DNA from: Eledone cirrhosa | Taxonomy: Eukaryota | Assembly (NCBI GenBank): GCA_964016885.1 | Contig: OZ024742.1 | Location: forward strand, 276,954,001-277,018,000 | Reading direction: 5' to 3' | DNA: 64,000 nucleotides | In this document: positions 57,831 to 64,000 of the stretch, piece after piece | Position numbering within the stretch: the stretch's first letter is position 1 | Layout of the letters: each line of letters opens with the position of its first letter | The notes under the pieces: model-generated | What the model was told of the DNA's origin: nothing | Seen by the model: the letters and a program-made list of their open reading frames with translations, nothing else | Database searches by the model: none | Translations under genes and position numbers: made by a program

Positions 57831-58187
57831 GCCTGACACATTGAAGAGGATGGAGATGTCTAACTCAGAGTTACAACATCAGACTTGTCGAATTTCATGC
57901 CGTTCTGATGCATTGAGGTAGATGTTGTCACAAGATCCAACTCACCTAAGACTGTGCTGTTGTGCCTACATTGGTGGATGGTTCTAAGTAGCTCTGGTGT
58001 CATGGTGGAAGGGGCTGAAACACCTACAGACTTACTTAACTGCCTGATAAGACATCAACTCCTACATTCAGAGATAGAGTACAGCAGTACTCTCAGCACA
58101 GACCTGTGTTTACCAAGCATATCTAAAAACTTTTCATCATAATTTTATGTAAGAACCTTTGTTAAGTTGTATTCCAAACATCAACTT

Positions 58188-58660
58188 AATAATTGTTTCT
58201 ACTTTTGGCACAAGGCCAGCAATTTTCCAGTGCATTACTGGTACTATTTTATCGACCCCGTAAGGATGAAAGGCAAAGTTAACCTCGGCGGCATTTGAAC
58301 TGAGAATGGCAAGAGCCGTAACTCTATGCATCAAAGCATGGCGTCCGACCCTCTACCGATACTGTCAATTCACCAACTTAATAATTGTTTCTACTTTAGG
58401 CACAAGGCCAGCAATTACCCAGTACATTACTGGTACTTTATTTTATCGACCCCGTAAGGATGAAAGGCAAAGTCAACCAACTTAATAATGATTTCTGATT
58501 TAGGTACAAGGCTAGTTATTTTGGGAGGAGGGAAAAGTCGCTTAAATTGACCCCAGATCATTACTGGTACTTTATTTTATCATTCCCTTAAGGATGAAAG
58601 GCAAAGCTAACCTTGACAGGATTTGAACGCAGAACGTAAAGAACCATAACTATATGCTAC
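58188..58660 (-). mobile_element. Tandem array of three SINE copies (one full, two truncated)
   Basis: SINE consensus units separated by (CA)ACTTAATAAT. Confidence 0.88.
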
Positions 58661-59005
58661 TTAATAATGAGAGAATTTGATAAATTACTAAATCACTCAA
58701 AATTCTTGATTATTTTCATTATAAATATGGTAATGAAAGGCTTAAACAAGAATTCAACCGGATATTAGAACAAACTTATATTGTTCCAGACACAAAAGCT
58801 AAAAATAATTATTTTGCACCATGTTGTACAAAGATTACCATATAGTTACAAAGGCCTTCACCCATATTAAAATAAACTATAGTAAATCTTTGCTGGCAGG
58901 GAAAGCAATCATTAAATGATGATGATAATATGCATGGCTATTTAAATACAGTTATATTTATACATGGCTTGTGTATAGTATACATGATTATTAATTATTA
59001 TTATT

Positions 59006-59675
59006 GGTGGATTGGCAGTATCGGTAGTGAGTCGGACACCATGCTTTGCAACATAGAGTTACATCCCTTTACTGTCTGAGTTCAAATCCTCTTAACTTTG
59101 GTTAACTTTGCCTTTCATCCTTACGTGGTCAATAAATTAAACCACCAGTTACGTACTGGAGTCGACTTAATCGACTTTCCCCTCCCCCCCAAATTACTGG
59201 CCTTGTGCCTATACTAGAAATCATTATCATTATTATTTTTATTAAGACGGTGGATTGGTAGAATTGGTAGAGCGTCGGATACCATGTTTCGCAGCATATA
59301 GTTACGTCCCTTTGCGTTCTGAGTTCAAATCCCGAAAAGGTTAGCTTTGCCTTTCATCCTTATGGGGTCGATAAAATAAAGTACCAGTAACACATTGGGG
59401 TTGTTTTAATCAACTTTCTCCTCCCCAAAATTGCTGGCCTTGTGCCTAAATCTGAACCCATTATTTTTATTTTCATATTTAGGGCGGTGGATTGGCAGTA
59501 TCAGTAGAGGGTCGGATGCCATGCTTTGCAGCATAAAGTTACACCCCTTTACGGTCTGAGTTCAAATCTCGCTGAGGTTAACTTTGCTTTTCATCCTTAT
59601 GGGGGTCGATAAAATAAAGCACCAGTAATGCACTGGGGTAATTGCTGTCCTTATGCCAAAAATAGAAACAATTAT
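59006..59675 (+). mobile_element. Tandem array of three full-length SINEs
   Basis: Each unit GGTGGATTGG.AG.AT..GTAG ... GAGTTCAAATC ... CCTT(G/A)TGCC with an AT-rich tail. Confidence 0.9.
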
Positions 59676-59689
59676 TTTTATTTTTAGTG

Positions 59690-61075
59690 TATGCTGTTAC
59701 TAAATTACTGAGTACAGCTTTGTGTGCCTTGGATATGTGTAGTGTTGTTTTTGGTGTTCTTATTTCTATTGTATTGAGAGTACTCTTCACATTATGTTTG
59801 CCGTGCCTAGTAGTGCTATTTTCTGTATATGTTTGTAAGTTCTGGGGGCTTGTTTACATATCTGTGTATTTACTATCATCCTCAAAGCACCCATTATCAT
59901 AGGGATTGTTTCTGTTTTCATCATCTACATATGGGTTATTTCTATTTCCAGATTTTTATATTTGGGTAATTTCTCCATTTCCTTGATAGATAAATTGTTG
60001 TCTGCGGGCATTGATGTATCAGTTAGAAGATACTTTTTCTTTGTGGTCTTCGACTATAATATCTTGGTTGGTTTTGAGCTGTCTGTCTATGTGTATTGAA
60101 ATATTCCAGAGTATGGTTGCTTTGTCATTATCTGACATCTTTTCTGGTGTATGTTAGTACTGCTTTTATTTTCTGTTGGCATAACTTCCAGTGTAAATCC
60201 CAACTCCATCATTTCTGTGAAATAATGTGGTTAATTGTTTCTTCCCCATCATCCCATATTCTGCAGTTACTGTGTTCTGCTTCATTATGTATTTTTGGTG
60301 GTTTCTGGTAGGGAGACTTTTATGTTTTGCTGCAATTAGAAATCCTTCAGTCTTGGCATTTAGTCCAATGCTTCTTCACCAGTTTTGTCAATTTTGTTCA
60401 TCCACTTCCTCCCTTTTCAATCTTTTGGGGGTATTGGCCATGTTGGGGGTTTTCTTGCCCTTGTTTTAGTATACCATTCTGGAGATCTGTTTTCAATTTG
60501 GATTTTATGTTTTTCATAGTTTCTGTTGTTTCTTCTGTGTTTTGATTTTCCTCAGAATTATCTGTCAACTCAGCTTCTGTTTTGTACTTATTGGCTTCTT
60601 TGAAGATAGAAAACAATTTTTTTGTTTTGTTCATGTTTCATGACTATTTGTATTAACTTTTCAATATTATTGATTAGATATTTTATAGCCTTACAGTGGT
60701 TATTTTATAATAGTTTTCTAGTTGCATAAGGCCTCTTCCTCCCCATATTCATGGAAGGTATAATCTTTCTAAATCTAATTTTGTGTGCCATCATTATTTT
60801 TCTTGTTTTTTTCTGTCTAGTGTTGCTAATTCTTTGAGTGACCAGTTCAGAATGTTGAAATTATAGCTTATAACTGGGATCGCTAGAGTATAGATGCCTT
60901 GCTTGTTGCATTTAGTTCTGCCTTAAGAAGTAATCTAATTTGTCTATAGTATTCATTTCTAATGTTTAATTTCATCTGTATGTGTTGAAACCTGTCTGGT
61001 TCATTGATTCCTTAGTATTTGTATATCTGTGTTTGATCTAATTCTCTTATCACAGTTTCTTTATCTAAAGTCTCA
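59690..61075 (-). mobile_element. Degraded R4/Dong-like element, 3' half
   Basis: Minus-strand remnants IRELDQTQIYKYLGINE, EYYRQIRLLLKAELNA, GRRGLMQLE, QHGQYPQ; heavily frameshifted. Confidence 0.6.
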
Positions 61076-61084
61076 GAAGTTTCA

Positions 61085-61665
61085 ATTACCTAGGTGACTT
61101 AATTATCAATGGAAGAGAGTGCTCTGAAAGCATGGTAGCTTAAATAAGAATAGGCTGGAAATAGTTCAAGGATCTGTTACCTCTGTTAGTAATGAAGGAA
61201 CTCACCCAAATAGTAGATTATATGATTGCTGCATCTGAAGTGTGATGTTGCATAGTGTGGAGATGAGAGGATATGTGAATTAAACACACTCAGTTGGATG
61301 TATAATGTTAGTGTGCATGAATGATGAAGCACAGATGAGTTGATGAACAACTGGATATAAAAGGAATCAGATGTAGTGTGCAAGAGAGAAGGTTGTGCTA
61401 GTATGGACATGTAATGTGTATGAATGATGATTGTTGGGTGAAGAAGTGCCAGAACTACCAAGTGAAAGGAAGCTGTAGAAGAGGAAAACCAAGGAAGATG
61501 TGAGCAGATATATTTAAAGCTGACCTCAGCCAGCTTAACCCCACAAATGAGATGACATAACAAGAAAGAGAAAAATGGAGAGGAGTTTTACCAGAGAGAA
61601 CTTGTTGAACCTATGCAAGCATTAAAAACAAACTTAAAAATGATAATGTTAATGATGATGATATA
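61085..61665 (+). mobile_element. Degraded RTE 3' fragment
   Basis: YLGD, IGWK*FKDLLPLL, YGHVMCMNDDCWVKKC, RGKPRK; ATGATGATG tail. Confidence 0.75.
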
Positions 61666-61772
61666 TATTTAAACATGCATATGTAAAGATACAGCAACAG
61701 GAGAACCAATCAACAGTGGATGAAGAAATCTTTTTGTTATATGCATAAGTTTTTCAATGAAAGTTATATTAA

Positions 61773-61993
61773 CCCTTTAGCATTTAAACTGGCCGTATCT
61801 GGCCAGAATTGTCTTACCACTTTCTGTTCAAACCGGCCATAACTGGCTGCTCATATTTATGTTAAGGTATTGTTCTCAAAATAAATAATATCAAAATCTC
61901 ATAAATTTGATATTATGTGAGATAATTATGTGAGGTAAAGCCTTTACTATGAAAATACAATAATAAATATAGTGTAATGTGAATACTAAAGGG
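61773..61993. mobile_element. piggyBac-like MITE, copy 3 (opposite orientation)
   Basis: TTAA|CCCTTTAGCATT ... AATACTAAAGGG|TTAA. Confidence 0.82.
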
Positions 61994-62623
61994 TTAAATT
62001 TAATGTTGTACTTGACTGACAATTGACTGTGTGCTGAAACTATAACAATTACTGTGTGGAAGAGTTATTTTATCCATTTAAAAACTTTTAATTTATATAT
62101 ATCACTGACATAGTTCCATTCCAACTCTTGTGGAACTGTATGTGATCAAGTTGCAGCAATAAATGATATACGAAGAAAAAAATTAATAGATTGTGTGTTT
62201 TTAAATCTGTATATAAATTTGAGCGACTTCTGTCTGTTTGTCCCTCACACAATGTGTGTGTGTGTGTGTGTTTGTGCGAATGTATGTGTGTGTAAAAGGA
62301 AGGAAGGCGATGGTGAAAAAATTATATGAGTGAGTGTATGTGTGTGTTTATGTAAATGTATGTGTGTGTGTTTGTGTGAATGTATGCCTGAGAGTGTGTA
62401 TTTTTGTAAGTGTGTCTGTGTTTGCGCATTTATATTTATATACTCATACATATAAATGTATGCATATGCACATACACACATGTGAGCGTATTGAAAAAAA
62501 TTCTAGTGAATAAAATTACTCTTCCATGAAGTAATAGTTTTATGAAAATTTTTTGTAGTTTCAAACAAAATAAACAAAACAATATGCTCCAGCAACTTGT
62601 GCAGTGTATCAATTGAGTCTTAC

Positions 62624-62706
62624 CTCATTTCCAGTCGTCTGTTTAATATGGTCTTTGATCAGCTCAGCTCTCTCGGTATTTCGACATAACAGGTGGACTG
62701 AAGCAC
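62624..62706 (-). CDS. DHRS12: DHRS12-like SDR exon (most 5' one visible; the TGxxxGIG exon lies beyond the window)
   Basis: (G)ASVHLLCRNTERAELIKDHIKQTTGNE; TTTTTCAG/GTAAG; 83 nt; joins in frame to 50219. Confidence 0.9.
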
Positions 62707-62867
62707 CTGAAAAACAGAAAGAAATATTGTATCAACTGATATATAAAAGAAAGATGAGTGATGTGATAAATGGATAAGTCATGGCTGAAACAGTACTACA
62801 TACTAACACTGGTAGATTATTCTGGCAGATTGACACAAATGAATGATGATAATTTTGATTAGCTGTA

Positions 62868-63375
62868 TATCATCATCATCATCATTATCACCGTTTTGTG
62901 TCCATTTTTCCAGGCTAGCATGGGTTTGACGAGTTGTCCTGTTGTGTGTTGTGGTCAATGCCAGGTCAGGTGATCATGTCTTGCTTGTACTGAACTGATT
63001 TTGGCTTGATTTCTACAGCTGGATGCCCTTCCTAATGCCAACCTCATTTACAGAGTGGGCTGGGTGCTTTTTGTTGTGACACCTACACGACCACTTTACA
63101 GTGTGGACTGGGTGCTTTTTTATTGTGACACGTACACGACCACTTTACAGTGTGGACTGGGTGCTTTTTTATTGTGACACCTACACGACCACTTTACAGT
63201 GTGGACTGGGTGCTTTTTTATTGTGACACTTACATGACCACTTTACAGTGTGCCTACATGACCAGTTTACAGTGTGTACTGGGTTCTTTTTGTCATGATG
63301 CCAACACGATCACTTTACAGTCGGGACTGCATGATTTTTGTTGTGATACCTACACAACCATTTTACAGTGTGGGA
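62868..63375 (-). mobile_element. RTE 3'UTR/terminus (subfamily-B-like) with 49-bp tandem repeats
   Basis: (CAT)n, terminal stem-loop and UTR matching 27240-27484; units CCACTTTACAGTGTGGACTGGGTGCTTTTTTATTGTGACAC.TACACGA at 63091, 63140, 63189. Confidence 0.85.
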
Positions 63376-63764
63376 GGGGGTGGGGGCATACTGTATATAT
63401 GCTTTGGCTTCGGCCTGTTCCCGTGGGAAGTCGGGTCTATATACATATAATTATGTGTATATGTATTTGCGATGACTGGAAATAAATGAAGCAGACATGC
63501 TTCAATGGCTGTGTAATGTTAGTGTTCATAAATGATGGAGCAAAAGTGAGCTGAGAGATGCTTGCATTGGTATGGATATATGATGCATAAGGAGAGCAAG
63601 AGCTGTATAAAGAAGTGTTGAGCACTTAAAATAGATGAAACGTGTGGAAGACGGAGATCAAGGAGGACTTGAAATGATGTGGTGAAGAATGACTCACATG
63701 AAAAGATGACACAGGATCATGACTGGCATCTTACTGTGCTAAAGAAGACCCTCTCAGCAATGCA

Positions 63765-64000
63765 GGCACAGTGATATTAAAAGTAAATGTAGTGAAAGGT
63801 TGCGAACTGTATCTGTACATATTGACTCTTGAGCCTTTACTGTGGAAGCTGGAGCTGTTGCAGGGCATCCCACTTGAACCAGGACATGGAAGAGCTATGT
63901 CAGCATATGCAGTTGACATCACCATGATGGTGTCAAATTCCTCAGAAATGAGGTGGTCGTCACCTTCTTAGAAGAATATGAAAGGTTGATGGGAGCAAAA
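63765..64000 (+). mobile_element. L1/Tx1-like RT fragment (runs off window)
   Basis: KGC..YLYILTLEPLL..L..LQGI....SAYAVDITMMV resembles QGCPLS..LALEPL...SAYADD of Tx1/L1. Confidence 0.6.

Noticed and set aside
63045-63375. Regularly spaced repeats resembling a CRISPR array (also 18290-18715)
   Set aside because: Contiguous 49-bp tandem units with no unique spacers, part of an RTE 3'UTR, eukaryotic context and no cas genes.

Overview
AT-rich, repeat-dominated eukaryotic DNA. The SINE, RTE-LINE and microsatellite content strongly suggests a coleoid cephalopod (octopod), though this is inferred from repeat resemblance only. Two host genes are visible and converge on an assembly gap (N-run 37940-38139). 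On the + strand is the first coding exon of an ANKRD40-like ankyrin gene (15338-15522). On the - strand are six in-frame, canonically spliced exons of a DHRS12-like short-chain dehydrogenase/reductase (62706 down to 39145). Almost everything else is transposon-derived: RTE-clade LINEs (several subfamilies, some with intact ORF2 3' halves carrying a PHD-type zinc finger after the RT core), a CR1-type LINE, R4/Dong-, CRE-, Hero- and Tx1-like fragments, tRNA-derived SINEs (often in serial arrays), several MITE families with TSDs, and Penelope-like ends with hammerhead-ribozyme motifs. The most striking structure is a ~14 kb block (23866-37939) of (TA)n-type satellite containing five co-oriented, 5'-truncated RTE insertions from three subfamilies plus a perfect 128-bp-arm palindrome. 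The other notable item is the ANKRD40 exon-1 boundary, where the conserved Trp codon reads TA|, possibly a spliced UAG needing A-to-I editing. Most ORF-track entries (YI-repeat, RE-repeat, antisense-to-LINE) are artefacts. Coordinates of degraded repeats are approximate and no database searches were run.
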